From the NCBI RefSeq assembly GCF_009914755.1, contig NC_060927.1: a stretch of 64,000 nucleotides of DNA; one strand, given 5' to 3'. Made by a program: the position numbers and the translations under genes. Below, one piece after another: positions 14,838-30,180 of the stretch; the first letter of the stretch is position 1, and each line of letters begins with the position of its first letter. Origin of the DNA: the human T2T-CHM13v2.0 reference genome, Homo sapiens. Under the pieces are notes generated by a model, which did not search any database, was not told the DNA's origin, and saw only the letters and a list, made by a program, of their open reading frames with translations.

Positions 14838-15648
14838 AGATATATAAAGGTATGATGAGAAACAAAATATTTACATAGTTTCAAATAGTCTTTCCACTAG
14901 ATAAATGTTAATTACAAAAGGAAAAATGCTAACTATAATAGGGCAGTCTGGCAGACACCACTTAAGCAAATGATCAAAGTTGGCATCACTGGTAACAATA
15001 CAGATAGACATCATATGCCTGCTCATGCGATGTAGAGCACAATATCATATCTGTGGCATTCCTGACAAAAATTTATAACCCGAATCTAATCATGAGGAAG
15101 TATCAGATATACACACAAGGACATTCTACAAAGTAATTGGCCTATTTGCTTTTAAAAATATTGAAGTTATGACAGATAAAGGCTGAGGAAGTGTTCCAGA
15201 TTAATGGGTACTGAAGAGAAGCCATGACAGCCAAATGCAGTATATGATCCTGAATTGGATCCTGGGTCAGATTTTTTTTTCTTTTGCATTAGGACCATTA
15301 ATGGGACAGTTGGCAGATTTTGAATAATATCTGTAGATTAGATAATAGTAATATATTACTGTTAATTTCCTTATTTTGATAATTATACTGCATTTGTAAA
15401 AGAATATTCTTGTTTGGGGGAAATATTTGAGAATTTAAGGGTAAACGGGCATCATGTCTACAACCTACTCTCAAACATTTCAGAGAAAATGAGAGATATA
15501 TATATAATATATTAAATATGTAGAGAAAACGATAATGCAAATGCAGTATAATTTAGCTTTGGCAAATTTGGGTGAAGAATATGCAAAAATTATTTGTCAT
15601 ACTTTTGCAACTTTACTGTAAATCAGAAATTATTTAAAAATAAAAACT
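14838..15648 (+). mobile_element. L1ME/L1MC-type 3'UTR fragment
   Basis: CTGGCAGACACCACTTAAGCAAATGATCAAAGTT, GAATCTAATCATGAGGAA, ATGATCCTGAATTGGATCCTGG, CTTTTGCAACTT, A-rich end. Confidence 0.75.
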
Positions 15649-15815
15649 AGTTGGTTTCTCATCCTCTGAAGGTGACCACATAGATTTTTTTAAAAAGTTA
15701 TAAATTTATGAATTTAAACATATTTGATAATTTTCAGTCCATTGAAATTACCTTTATTGAAAATCACATTGTCTTGTCTTTGGCTCCTGAGTCCATTTAC
15801 ATGATCTTAGTAGGG

Positions 15816-15983
15816 TTTGTTTGTTTTTAGTTTTTTGTTGTTATTTTTGTTTGTTTGTTTGTTTGTTGAGGCAGGGTTTTACTGTGTTATCCATGCTGGC
15901 CTTGAACTCCTCAGCTCAAGCAATATTCCTGCCATTGCCTCCTCAGTAGCTGGAACCACAGGCACCTGCCACTGCACCTGGCT
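15816..15983 (-). mobile_element. FLAM monomer
   Basis: (GTTT)n tail plus single Alu-like arm. Confidence 0.8.
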
Positions 15984-17687
15984 TCTTGTAGCTTTTTCTG
16001 GTTTACTTCCTATCTAAGATAGGATATACCAGGCTCATCTCATATAGTCCCTATCCCAGACCTGGAATTAGCCATTTCTTTAGAAGTATTGGTTTCTTTC
16101 TGTGGGAAAGGGTATTTCAAGATTATAGTCTGGTTGCTAGAGATATTCATGATTATTGGACTGGTTATTATTTCTAGGCATTTTCAGTACACTGAATTTA
16201 TATCATATGAGAAACTCATAATTTCATACTTATATTGCTCATTCCAATTTAGGACTACAGGTATCACTTAATGTCATCAATCTTATGTCTCTATCTTCTT
16301 CCATCCACACTGATAGTCCTAGTTCTGGCACAGGAGATTGTAGAATTAGAATATCCTGTAAGTACTCATTTGCTTTATTCTACATTACACACATAACAGC
16401 CTCAGAATGACACTAACACAGTTGTCATCAACATGAGTACTAAAAACAGGCAATAATTTTTCTTCTTCCTATTTCTCTCAGCCCCCATTTTTTGAGATCT
16501 TTCTTCTTTTTTGATGTTGGTGTTTAATGCTATATTATAATATTATAATTCCCTCTCAGAACTGCTTTTGCTGCATCCTTAAAGTTTTGGTATGTTGTGT
16601 GTCCATTTTCATTTATTGCAAGATTTTTGATAGTTTCCTCTTAATTTCTTCTTTGACCCATTGGTTGTACAGAAGCATGTTGTTTAATTTTAGAAATTCT
16701 TCTTTTTACTGGTTTCTAGTTTCATACCATTGTGATTAGAAAACGTATTTGATGTGATTTCCAACTGCTTAAATTAGTCAAGACTTACTTGGTGGCCTAA
16801 CATATGATCTATCCTGGAGAATGTTCTGTGTGTGCTTGAGAAGAAGGTGTATCCTGCTGCTGTTGGGTGGAATATTCAAAATATGTCTGTTAGGTCCTCT
16901 TGATCTCAAGTGTAGTTCAAGTACAATATTTCCTTATTGATTTTCTGTCTAGATAATGTGCCATTGCTGAAAGTGGGATATCTACTATCTCTATCTACTA
17001 TTTCTGTATTGCAGTCTTCTACCAGCTGCCATTTCTATATTGCAGTCTATGGCTCCCTTCAGATCTATTAATATTTGCTTTTATATATTTAGGTGCTCTG
17101 ATGTTGAGTGCCTATATATTTACAATTGTTATATTCTATTGATGAATTGATCCCCTTTGTCATTATATAATCACTTTGTCTCTTTTTACAGTTTTTGACT
17201 TAAAGTCTATTTTATTTGATGTAAGTATATAGCTACTCTGTCTCTCTTTTTGATTTCCATTTGCATGGAGTATCTTTTTCCATCTCTTTCAGTCTATGTG
17301 TATTCTTGCAGATAAAGTGGGTCTCTTGCAGATAGCATATAGTTGGGTCTTTAAAAAAAAAATACATTCAGCTACTTTATGTCTTCTGATTGGAGAATTT
17401 AACACATTTACATTAAAGATAAGTATTGCTAGGTAAGGGCTTATTACTGCCCCTTTGTTAATTATTGTCTAGTTATTTCATAGATCCTTCATTCTTCTTT
17501 TTCACGCACTTGATATCTTCCTTTGTGATTATATGATTTTTCTGTAGTGGTATGCCTTCATTCCTTACATTTTATCTTTTGTGTATATACTATAAGCTTT
17601 TGCTTTGTAGCTACCACAAGGCTTACATAAAACATCTTACAGTTATAGCACGCTATTTTAAGCTGTTAACGACTTTAATCATATACA

Positions 17688-17822
17688 GGCCAGGCATAGT
17701 GGCTCACGCCTGTAATCCCAGCACTTTGGGAGACTAAGCAGGGAGGATCGCTTGAGGCCAGGAGTTTGACACCAGGCATGCCAACATAACAAGACCTTTT
17801 CTCTACAAAAAGGAAAAAAAAA
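17688..17822 (+). mobile_element. FLAM_C-like monomer
   Basis: Left arm only, with TSD-like TCATATACA / TCACATACA. Confidence 0.85.
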
Positions 17823-17931
17823 GTCACATACAAAAACTCTACATTGTTTCTTTCCTCCCCTTGACATTTTAGGTTTTTGATGTCATAATTTACATTTTTA
17901 AACATTGTGTATCACTTAAAAATTATTGTAG

Positions 17932-18261
<330 letters not shown>

Positions 18262-18598
18262 TCTTAATAGTTTTATATTTTAATCTTCATACTAAACATA
18301 TGTGACTTATATATGCCATAATTATAGTGTTAGAGTATTCCGAATTTTACTATGTATTTTTACCGGTGAGTTATACTTTCATGTTTTTATCTTATTAACA
18401 TATATTTTCTTTTATCTTTAAGAATTATCCTTAATTATTTTTTGTAAGGTAGGTCTGATGGTGATGAACTCCTGAAGCTTTTTTTCATTTGTCTGGAAAA
18501 GTCTGTCTCTCCTTCATTTCTGAAGGACAGCTTTGCCTGGGTAAAGTATTCTTAGTAGGGAGGGTTTTTTTAAAAAAAATTATATATTTAAAAAAACA

Positions 18599-18885
18599 TT
18601 TGAGATGGAGTCTAGTTCTGTTGCCCAGGCTGGAGTGCAGTTGTGCAATCTTGGCTCAATGTAACCTCCGCCTCCTGGGTTCAAGTGATTCTCCTGCCGC
18701 AGCCTCTTGAGTAGCTGGGACTACAGGTGCACACCACCACTCCTGGCTAATTTTTCAGTATTTTTAGTAGAGACAGGGTTTCACCATGATGGCTAGGCTG
18801 GTCATGAACTCCTGACCTCAAGTGATCCACCCACCTCGGCCTCCCAAAGTGTTGGAATTACAGGCATGAGCCACCACACCCAGCC
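18599..18885 (-). mobile_element. AluS-type element
   Basis: Full dimer with TSD-like AAATT(A/C)TATATTT. Confidence 0.92.
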
Positions 18886-19307
18886 AAATTCTATATTTTG
18901 ACTATGTCATCCTATTCTCTTGTAGATTGTAAGGTTTCTGCTAAGAAATTTGCTGATAAGTGTATTGAAGTTTCCTTGTATGTGATATGCTGCTTTCACA
19001 ATCCTCTCTTTCTTTAATTTTTGACAGTCTGCCAATCCTGTGTTTTGGTGTAGTCTTATTTGGATTGAACCCGATTGGAGATTTTTGAGCTGCTTGTGTG
19101 TGAATATTCATATCTATTCCCAGACTTGGGAAGTTTTCTGTTATTTAGTTATATAAGCTTTCTACCCGCCCCCACTTTTCTTTTTCTCTGCTCCTTTTGG
19201 GATCCACCCTCCTATAATGGGTATATATTACTTCACTTGTTGGTGCCTCATAATTCTGATAGGCTTTCTTCACTCTTTTTCATTTTTTTTCCTTTTTGTT
19301 CCTCTGA

Positions 19308-19730
<423 letters not shown>

Positions 19731-19864
19731 TGTTTGGTTCTTTTTATGATTTCTATCTCTTTGTTGAACTAATTTTGTTTATGTATTGTTTTTCTGATTT
19801 CATTTAGTTGTCTTAATGTAGCTCAGTGAGCTATGCAATATAGATAGACAACTATTTTTTATTC

Positions 19865-20166
19865 TTTTTTTATTTTTATTTTGAGACAGGGTCTCACTTT
19901 GTCACCCAGACTGGAGTGCAATGGTGCAATCATAGCTCACTACAGCCTCGACTTCCTGAGCTCAAACCATCCACCTGCCCCAGCCTCCTAAGTAGATGGG
20001 ACCACAGGAGCGTGCCACCACACCTGGCTAATTTTTAAATTTTTTTGTAGAGACAGGGTCTCATCATATTGCCCAGGCTGGTCTCCAACTCCTGGGCTCC
20101 AAGCAGTCCTCCTGCCTCAGCCTCCCAAAGTGTTGGGATTACATGCATGAGTTACTGCACCTGGCC
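19865..20166 (-). mobile_element. AluJ-type element
   Basis: ATCATAGCTCACTACAGCCTCGACTTCCTGAGCTCAA. Confidence 0.92.
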
Positions 20167-20559
20167 TATTTCTAATTATTTGTCAGGCAGTTTGTAAATC
20201 TCCATGTTTAGGGCTGGTTACTGGTGCTTTATTTTGTTCCTTTGATGGTGTTATGTTTTCCTGATTTTTGTGATTCTTGTGGCTGTGCATTGGTGTCTAT
20301 GCATTTGAAGAAGTAGGGACTTACTTTGATCTTGGCAGAGTGGCTTTAGCAGGGAGAGCTTATCACCAGTCAGCCCATCCGGAGATTCTGGGAAGGCTAT
20401 CTGGCTTCCAGCCCACATTTCTTAATGGTTGTGTTAAATCTACATTGTTAAAGCTTTTAGCTACTATATATTATACTCTCTCTTTAACGCTTATTTAACT
20501 TATTATTTATTTATTTTATTTATTTAACTTACTTAACATAAATTATTTATTATCCTAAT

Positions 20560-21252
<693 letters not shown>

Positions 21253-21255
21253 AAT

Positions 21256-21556
21256 TTGCTTGTTTGTTTAGAGAATAGGGTCTCACTCTGTCACCCAGGC
21301 TGGAATGTAGTGGTGTGATCATGGCTTACTGCAACCTCAACCTCCTGGGCTCAAGCAATCCTCCTGACTCAGCCTTCCAAGCATCTGGGACTACAGATAC
21401 ATGCCACCATGCTCAGATAATTGTTTTTTTTTTTTTTTGTAGTGGCAGGGTCTTATTATGTTGCCCAGGCTGGTCTCAAACTCCTGGCCTCAAGCCATCC
21501 TCCTGCCTTACCTCCTGAACTACTGGGGTTATAGACATGAACCACTGCATCCAGCC
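21256..21556 (-). mobile_element. AluJ-type element
   Basis: Full diverged dimer. Confidence 0.9.
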
Positions 21557-21914
21557 TCATTTAACTTATTCAGTACTCATTATCAGTCCATATTCAATTT
21601 CCATGTTGTCATTTTGTTTTGTGATTGTGATGCTTGTTCTCCAGAAGATATCTCAGGTGTTAATGGGAACAATATTCTCTGAGTTTTTATACATTGATAA
21701 TAGTTTGTGCCTTTTATACTTGAAGGTCAATTTTGCTGGATATTAACTAGTGGTTCATATTTTCTTTTCTTGATTATCTTAATTATGCTATTCCATTTTC
21801 TTCTGGCATAAAGCTTTGCTGTTTAAAACTCTGATGATGATCTAATCTTTATTCCTTTATGTCTCTATATGCTTTTTTATATTGTTTATATATCCTTGAT
21901 ATCCTCTTTAATTT

Positions 21915-22335
21915 TTTTTTGCTTTTTACTTATTGTGAAATATTTAATTGATAAATAAAGATTGAATATATTCAAGGTATACATGACAACATGATGATTT
22001 AATATATGTATATATTCTATAATGATTACCACAATCAAAATGACACATCTGTCACCACTCATGCTGTACATTAGATCCTCAGAACTAATCTTATAACTGA
22101 AAGTTTGTACCGTTTGACCAACATCTCCCCATTTCCCCTGCTTTCCCAGCCCCTAGCAACCACTGTTCTACTCTCCTCTTCTATGAGTTCAACTTTTTTA
22201 CATGCCACGTATAAGTGAGATCATAGAGTGTTTGTCTTTTCTATGTCTGACTTATTTCATAGTGTCCTACAGGTTCATCCATGTTGTCACAAATGGCAGG
22301 CAGGCTCTATTATGGCTAGAGAATATTCTATGGTA
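21915..22335 (-). mobile_element. L1MA-type 3' end
   Basis: TATATTCAAGGTATACA..ACATGATG, CTTATAACTGAAAGTTTGTAC, CCATGTTGTCACAAATGGCAGG. Confidence 0.85.
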
Positions 22336-22359
22336 TAGTTAAAATGTGGAATCTAAAAC

Positions 22360-23377
22360 CATGGTAATGAACTTTTTGTATTCCGTTACATTGAACTCTA
22401 CTTTTCTTGGTACTTTCAATGGATCTTTTTCCCATTTAAAGTTGATTTTGAAACATGTATCAGTCATTTGGATAATATGGTTCACTAAGTTATGCAAATA
22501 TTCCCCTTGTTAATACATTTTATAATATTAAAATATCACATTCATTAATATCACCATTGATCTCATCAGAAAAGTCTTTAAGAATTGAGAAGCTAACAAC
22601 TCGGAAGCCAATACAAGTTTTCCAAAATTCTAACTTTTTCTTAGAACTTGAATTTTATTATTGGTATAATTTTCCTTGAAGTGACATACTCAATTCATTA
22701 ATTTTTAAAAAATGTCTGCCAAGTACCCTTGTCTGAATTACCATAATTTATGTCAGTTGTTCTTACATGTGAAAATGTGTTTCATGAAAAAAGTGGCTAG
22801 TTTAGCTTGCACTGCAAACAATTGCTTTTCCTTAAGACAAACATTTTAAGTTCTTCTTGAGACTTTTAAATTTGTCACACAGAAATTAAAAAGATGTGTG
22901 CTCAAAAGTCAAGATTCATTAGAATTACTATTTTGTTTCTGCTTAAAGTGAAATCAGCTTTTTTGTCCTCCCTCCCTTCCCTGTCTTTCATTCTTTCCTT
23001 TCTTTTCTTTTCTTTTTCTTTCTCCTTTCCTTTCCTTTTTTTTCTTTCTTTTTTTTCCTTTCTTTCTTTTCTCTTATCTTTCTTTTCCTTTCTCTCTTTC
23101 TCTGTTTCTCTCTTTCTCTTTCTCTCTCTCTTACTTTCTTTCTTTCTTTTGCCATGGCAGTGAAGACTCTAAATATGATATGGTGTCACTTTCTTGATTA
23201 GTGCTAAGGTAGTTTTACCTGCCATTTCTTTTGTATTATCAATGCAAATGTCAGTTTAAAAAAAAAAAAAAGATGTGCTTTTTCCAAAGTTGGAAAAGCA
23301 AGTAACATCTTAGTATTAACTGTGAACAGGGTCCCTAAGAGGGTCTACAGGACTGGAACACACTTTGGAGACTGCTG
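22360..23377. mobile_element. Charlie1-type (hAT-Charlie) DNA transposon fossil
   Basis: CTCATCAGAAAAGTCTTTAAG..ATACAAGTTTTCCAAAATTCTAA and terminal CACACTTTGGAGACTGCTG. Confidence 0.75.
22960..23150 (+). repeat. CT-rich polypyrimidine low-complexity tract
   Basis: About 190 nt of (CTTT/CT)n inside the Charlie element. Confidence 0.9.
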
Positions 23378-23872
23378 CCCTAAGGCATTGTCTTTTTTGT
23401 TTACTCACTTTGGTGTTCTTCTGTGGTTTTTATTTCAGAAAATTTTTCTTTCATTTATAATTCTATTCTTGAGTTCTGTTATGTCATCTTAAATTTTTCT
23501 AATTCTGATTTACACTGTTCTTTCATGTCGCTTATCATTTTCTTAAATTTAACTTATTTTGAAATAGTAGGTTACAGTTTTAATCTGTTTTGTGGACATA
23601 TCTTTCTGGTATGTTTTAATCATAGGGATATTATTCTGCTCTTTTTTTTTCTTTTAAAACTTTGCATGGGATTTGTGAAATTAGTTTTTCTTAATGGAGA
23701 TGTAAGTGAGGAAAGCCTTTGGAATTTCATAAAGTTTCCTCTTAGTCATCGCCATTGTTGTTTAAGTGTTTAAGAAAGCAGCAGGTTGCTCTCATTTCCT
23801 GACTTTCTTCTCATCCCCAGCCTTTGACCTTTACATGGACTTTACTACTTCTTTGTTCTCTGTTTTGCTTAC

Positions 23873-24183
23873 TTTTTTTTTTTTTTTTGAGACAGGGTCT
23901 TACTCTATTGCCCAGGCTGGAGTGTAGTGACGTGATCTCAGCTCACTGCAACCTCTGCTTCCTGGGTTCAAGTGATTCTCTTGCCTCAGCCTCCTGAGTA
24001 GCTGGAATAAAGGTGTGCCCCACTATGCCTGGGTAATTTTTGTGTTTTTAGTAGAGATGGGGTTTCACCTTGTTGGCCAGGCTGGTCTCAAACTCTTGGA
24101 CCTCAAGTGATCCACCCACCTCAGCCTCCCAAAGTGCCGAGATTACAGGCATGAGCCACCACGCCGAGCCACCACGCCTAGCC
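23873..24183 (-). mobile_element. AluSx-type element with a 13-bp tandem duplication near its 5' end
   Basis: GAGCCACCACGCC twice at 24153-24178. Confidence 0.93.
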
Positions 24184-24704
24184 TCCTGCGTAATGTTTTT
24201 ATTCCACCCTTAGCAGTTTCCTAAGTGTGGGATCCCATCCTAAAAGGTAGCTTTGGCAGTTGTTTTTGAGTTCCTATGGCTCAGAATGCTTCAGCCCCTT
24301 TTAGAAATTAGTGTGGACCCCTCCACTCACGTGCTATTTGATTAGTCAAAATTTCCTCCCAGTATCATCAGCTGCTGTTCTCACATTAGCTACCTGTGCT
24401 CTCTAGGGTATATTAGCTGTTTTGGGATTCTCCTGAGGTCAAAGGCCCCTTGGCTCCCTCCTGCATAGACACTGATAATAGTGGGTCCTGTGGCACTTGG
24501 CGGTTTGGCCCTCATCCACCTGTATTTTGAGGTTTGTGGGGATACTTTATCACTTAGGCTTTTTTCAGCAGTCAAATGCATTACTTATTGAAGTATAATT
24601 TACAGACAATAAAATATGCCTTTTAAGGTAATCAATTCTATGAGTTGGGCAAACATTTTCAAACATGTAACTATCACCACAGTCAGTGTATAGAATTTTC
24701 TCTG

Positions 24705-25016
<312 letters not shown>

Positions 25017-25109
25017 TGAATTTTTCATCACCCCCCAAAGTTCCCCAGTGCCCCTGTGTACCAGTTCCCCTTCCCCGCCTCTCGCACCGTGTTGGTGATT
25101 ATTCTTTTC

Positions 25110-26815
25110 ACAGAGAATACACTTACACCTCAACCTCAAGAGAGAAAACCCAAATCCCATTCATTCACTGCATCCAATTCATAGTTCAGGGTCTGTGGGT
25201 GATATGCATTCCTCTCCATCAGATCTGGATGTGGTACTTAATGGTTTTGTTACTCTCCCTCAACTACTGTCTCTCACCCCATATTCAGGAGCAGGGACAG
25301 GATAACAACAATAAACAATAAAACTTGTAAAAAGGAAGAATGGAAGACACACATCATTGTTTTGTAGCAATGATGAGATTCTGCTAAACAGATATTATGA
25401 AGCCCGCCTTATCCTAGCAGTAGGGGTATGTTTCTGTTCTATTCCATTCCATTCCCTATTTTGTTTACTGGAGGGGGCTCCCTTACCATTGGTCTTGGTG
25501 ACTTTTAACTCCAGCCTCAGAAAGGTCTTACTTGCTCATTATTTTCCATGACTACATCTGAAGTGGATGTTAGGGAATATGCCCTTACTGGGGACTGTAC
25601 ATGTTGAAAATCCCTAATCCAAAAATCAGAAATCTGAAATGCTCCAAAATCTGAAACTTTTTTGAGCACAGACATGAAACTCAAAGGAAATCATTGGAGC
25701 ATTTTAGATTTCAGATTTTTGGATTAGGGATACTCAGCCCATACTTATTTCACAGCCATTTCTTACCTGTGTAGTTTTGGGAACCTTAGGATTAGTTGAT
25801 AATCACAGCATGTTTTGGGCCAGGTTTCTGGGTTTTTTTTGTTTTTTTGACAGAATTTAAGAACTTAGTAGTCTTCTAATTACCACGCTCTAAATTCATT
25901 CTTAGACTGTAGCCCCAGACGTCTTTTGTTTTGTTTTGTTTTGTTTTGTTTCCTGTTCCCCATGGCTGTTTCTCACTGGTATCTATCTTGAGACATCTGA
26001 AACATAGGTGTGGGATGAAGGAGAGCAACTTTAATCTGATCTTTGCTACAGGTCTTGGTTGTTCTGTTTAACAGAGATTTGCAGCTCAAAGTGCTTTTCA
26101 ATCTTATTTTTACTATGTGGCATTTAGAAATAGTTGACTTTTCTAACAATCTGAGGCTCTAAGTTTCTCTTTTCTCTTCCCTTTTATTTCTGCTTGCAAA
26201 CCAACTAGTTATTTGTTGAGTACTCTTTCTTTTAATGCCTTGATAAATATAGGAAGGAGAAACCATTATTTGCTAACCTTTTGGCACTTCGTAATCTCTT
26301 CTCTAGATCTGCATTCTTTGTCTGCTGTCCAGATAATCATAAGCAATTATATTACATAACATGTCTTTATCTTGCCAGCTTCAGATGCATGTTTCCTGTG
26401 CTGTTACCCACTAGATGGACACACTAGACAGATGTCACATATTTTAGATTTTTGTTCGAAGTAGCACCTCACATCAAGATATCTGTTTCTAAATTAGTGT
26501 AGTTAGAGTAGGCTAATGTGGCATATACATCTAATTTTTTAAACATAACTGAAATTTACTTATTGCTCAACTAATAGAATTCGGTGTGTGAAAGGTCAGC
26601 AGGGCAATCCTCCTCTCTGTAGTTATTGAGGACCTTGTTGAAAGAAACCCTTCTGTCTTCAACCATGGCTTCCATTTATCCAGCTTACTTTTCATGGCTA
26701 GATCTCAGTTACATGGCTGTACGTACCTGCAAGGGGGTTTGGGAAATGTAGTATAGGTGTGTTTCCTGAAGGAGAAGGGAATGTGGATTTGGTGAGCAGC
26801 TAGCAGTTTCTAACA
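25110..26815 (-). mobile_element. MaLR remnant: degraded MLT1 internal sequence plus MLT1J/K-like LTR (~26483-26815)
   Basis: CATGGCTGTACGTACCTGCAAGGGGGTTTGGGAAATGTAGT and GGATTTGGTGAGCAGCTAGCAGTTTCTAACA are typical of MLT1 LTRs. The internal part is less certain. Confidence 0.6.
25600..25741. mobile_element. Tigger4/Zombi (MER46-type) MITE
   Basis: TA-flanked, with TIR-derived arms ATCCCTAATCCAAAAATC.GAAATCT.AAATGCTCCAA and the reverse complement. Confidence 0.88.
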
Positions 26816-28292
26816 CGAACTTCATTATTTGTAAAGCACGAATCCCAGGCAAGATGGGAGTTTTCTAGATTTTCCTTTAGGTGTTTTAAGACGTCACAGT
26901 CCTGGGATATATCAAGACAGAATTATAATTTTGATCATCCCTTTTGTATCTTGTTCAAATTTTACAAACTAGGTACTGCAATGGTTCAGCACAAACTTCA
27001 AGTATGGGAGCCCCCTTGTGGGAGTGCCCATGGCAAGTTTATCTAACCTAAGGATGATTTTTTTTTTTAGTGAGGACTTATTGAAAATAATTTTTTATAT
27101 ATCTCTTTATTATTTTAACTATTATTGGAACCATTTGAATTTATTGCCTATTAAATAAATTAAAAAATAAAGTAATTCATCAAGTGGATGTATGATGTAA
27201 TATACATGAAGTATCTATGAATTTTTAACTTTAAGAAATAATTATGGAAATTATTCCTGAAGACATTCCTTCATTTAACAGCTACTTCCTGAACACCACT
27301 GTGCTTAGAATGTTGAATTATTGAATTCTTACATATTTACTTCGATGAGCAATATCACAATCATGAAAACTGTATCATTGCCTGGGGAAATAGAATGTGT
27401 TTGTTGGAACTTAAGTGGTTCTCTTAAATGTAAGAAATAATACCTTTAGCATCTATACAGTTGATTATGTATTTTAATGTATGAGTTATTTCCAAAAGAA
27501 GGTATCATATTAACCATGAATAACTTTTATTTTTTTAAAAAATTGAAATATCAAAGCATTTCTTTATTCATTTGATATTTGGTGCTTATTTTGGTTCACA
27601 CACTTTTCTAGGGGCACAAGAAGGAAATTAATGTCATTTAGGAAAATGTCACTTTATTTTTGTTTCATTTACCTAAATTCAGACATCCAAAAAATATGTA
27701 AGATATCTAAAGACAAAATCTCACAGAAGATGTGCAAGTCCTATATGGAGATAGTGATTCAGTGTTATTAACAGACATTAGAGGAAATATTAATAAGTTT
27801 CAAGAAATATATTCATGTATAGATAGGCCCAGTATTACAGATATACCCATTCTCCCTAGATCTATGGATTCAATGCAGTTCTAATTCAAATGCCATCTGG
27901 AATTTTGGGGGGGACATTTAAAAAACTGACTCTGAATGTATATGATCAAGTGATAGCCAAGATATTTTGAAGAAAAATAGATATAGGGACTGCTCTATAA
28001 GCCATCATAATTTATTATGAAGTTATAACAAGTAAAACAGTAAGGTATTTGGCATGGAATAGAGAACCAGAAACAGACCAATGCATGGGTACAGGATATA
28101 ACACAGGGAAATGAGGGACAATATATGGTTCTGGGATAATTATTTATATGGGGAAAATAAAGAAATTGGATCCCTACCTCACACATACAAAAAAAATCAT
28201 AATTGAATTAAAAACTTGCATGTGAAAGGAAAGACTTTAAAACATTTAGAAAAAGTATTGGAGGCTATGATCTTGGGGTAGGAAAGCATTTC

Positions 28293-28585
28293 TTTTTTTT
28301 TTTTTTTAGACGGAGTCTTGCTATGTCGCCCTGGCTGGAGTGGAGTGGCGCAATCTCAGCTCACTGCAACCTCTGCCTCCAGGTTCAGGCGATTCTCCTG
28401 CCTCAGCGTCCTGAGTAGCTGGGACTACAGGCGTGCACGACCATGCCTGACTAATTTTTGTATTTTTAGTAGAGACGGGGTTTCACCATGTTGGTCAGGC
28501 TGATCTCGAACTCCTGACCTGGTGATCCACCTTCCTCGGCCTCCCAAAATGCTGGGATTACAGGCGTGAGCCACCACACCTAGCC
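28293..28585 (-). mobile_element. AluSg/Sx-type element
   Basis: TSD AGGAAAG(C/T)ATTTCT. Confidence 0.94.
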
Positions 28586-28779
28586 AGGAAAGTATTTCTA
28601 AAACATGACACAAAAATTGTTTACCATGGAAGAAAAGATTGTTATATATTACTACATTAAAATTAAAAACTTTATTCATCAAAAAACACCCTGAAAATTG
28701 AAAGGAAAGCCACAAACTAAAAGATACTTGTAGTACATAAAACCAACATATTCTTAGTATCCAGAATTTATGGAATTTA

Positions 28780-29238
<459 letters not shown>

Positions 29239-29359
29239 TCATTAGTAATCACAGAATTTCAAAATAAAGATTACAAGTGACCATCTACTCTCGTGAGATT
29301 GGCAAAAATTAAGAAATGTGACATTATCCACAGTTGGAGAGGATGAAGATTCTTTTATA

Positions 29360-29716
29360 CAGTTAATGTGTCACTTAACAATGGAGATACGTCCTCAGAA
29401 ATGCCAGGATATGTTCTGAGAAATTTGTTGTTAGGCAATTTTGTCATTGTGTGAACATCATAGAGTTGACTTACACAAAGCTAGATGGTATAGCCTATTG
29501 CATATCTAGGCTGTATGGTATAGCGTGTTGCTCCTAGGCTACACACCTGTATGACATGTTACTGTACTGAATACTGTAGGCACTTGTAGCAGAATTGTAT
29601 TTGTGTATCTAAATGTAGAAAAGGTACGGTAAAATTATGGTATCATAATCTCATGAAACAACCATTGTATATGTAGTCCATTATTTACTGAAATGTCATT
29701 ATCCAGTGCATGACTG
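29360..29716 (+). mobile_element. Tigger3a/Golem (MER7A-type) DNA transposon
   Basis: TA|CAGTTAATGTGTCACTTAAC...GTGCATGACTG|TA, internal GCTCCTAGGCTACA..CATGTTACTGTACTGAATACTGTAGGCA. Confidence 0.88.
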
Positions 29717-29866
29717 TACATTGCTGGTGGGAAGGTGGTCAGTACCACCACTTCAGAAAACTGTTTGTCACTGCCCTGTAAAATCAAACATTGGCATATT
29801 CTGTGACCTGAATTGCCACTTTTGAGTATACCCTTAGGAACCTGCAAATGTACACGTGGTGACTAG

Positions 29867-30180
<314 letters not shown>

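Larger units (their letters stand above)
14055..16455 (-). mobile_element. L1MC-like 3' region split by a + strand L1 3' piece (14838-15648) and a FLAM
   Basis: TTCCCACAGTCTGGAT, GATCCAGAGACTT, CCCAGACCTGGAATTAGCCATTTCT. The host reads AATAATGAG|TTGGTTTC across the insert. Confidence 0.7.

Noticed and set aside
22894-23163. F/L/S-rich 89-aa ORF resembling a membrane peptide
   Set aside because: It is the translation of a CT-rich microsatellite.
26965-26990. AGGTACTGCAAT match to antisense U2 snRNA
   Set aside because: Only 12 nt match and the flanks do not follow U2.
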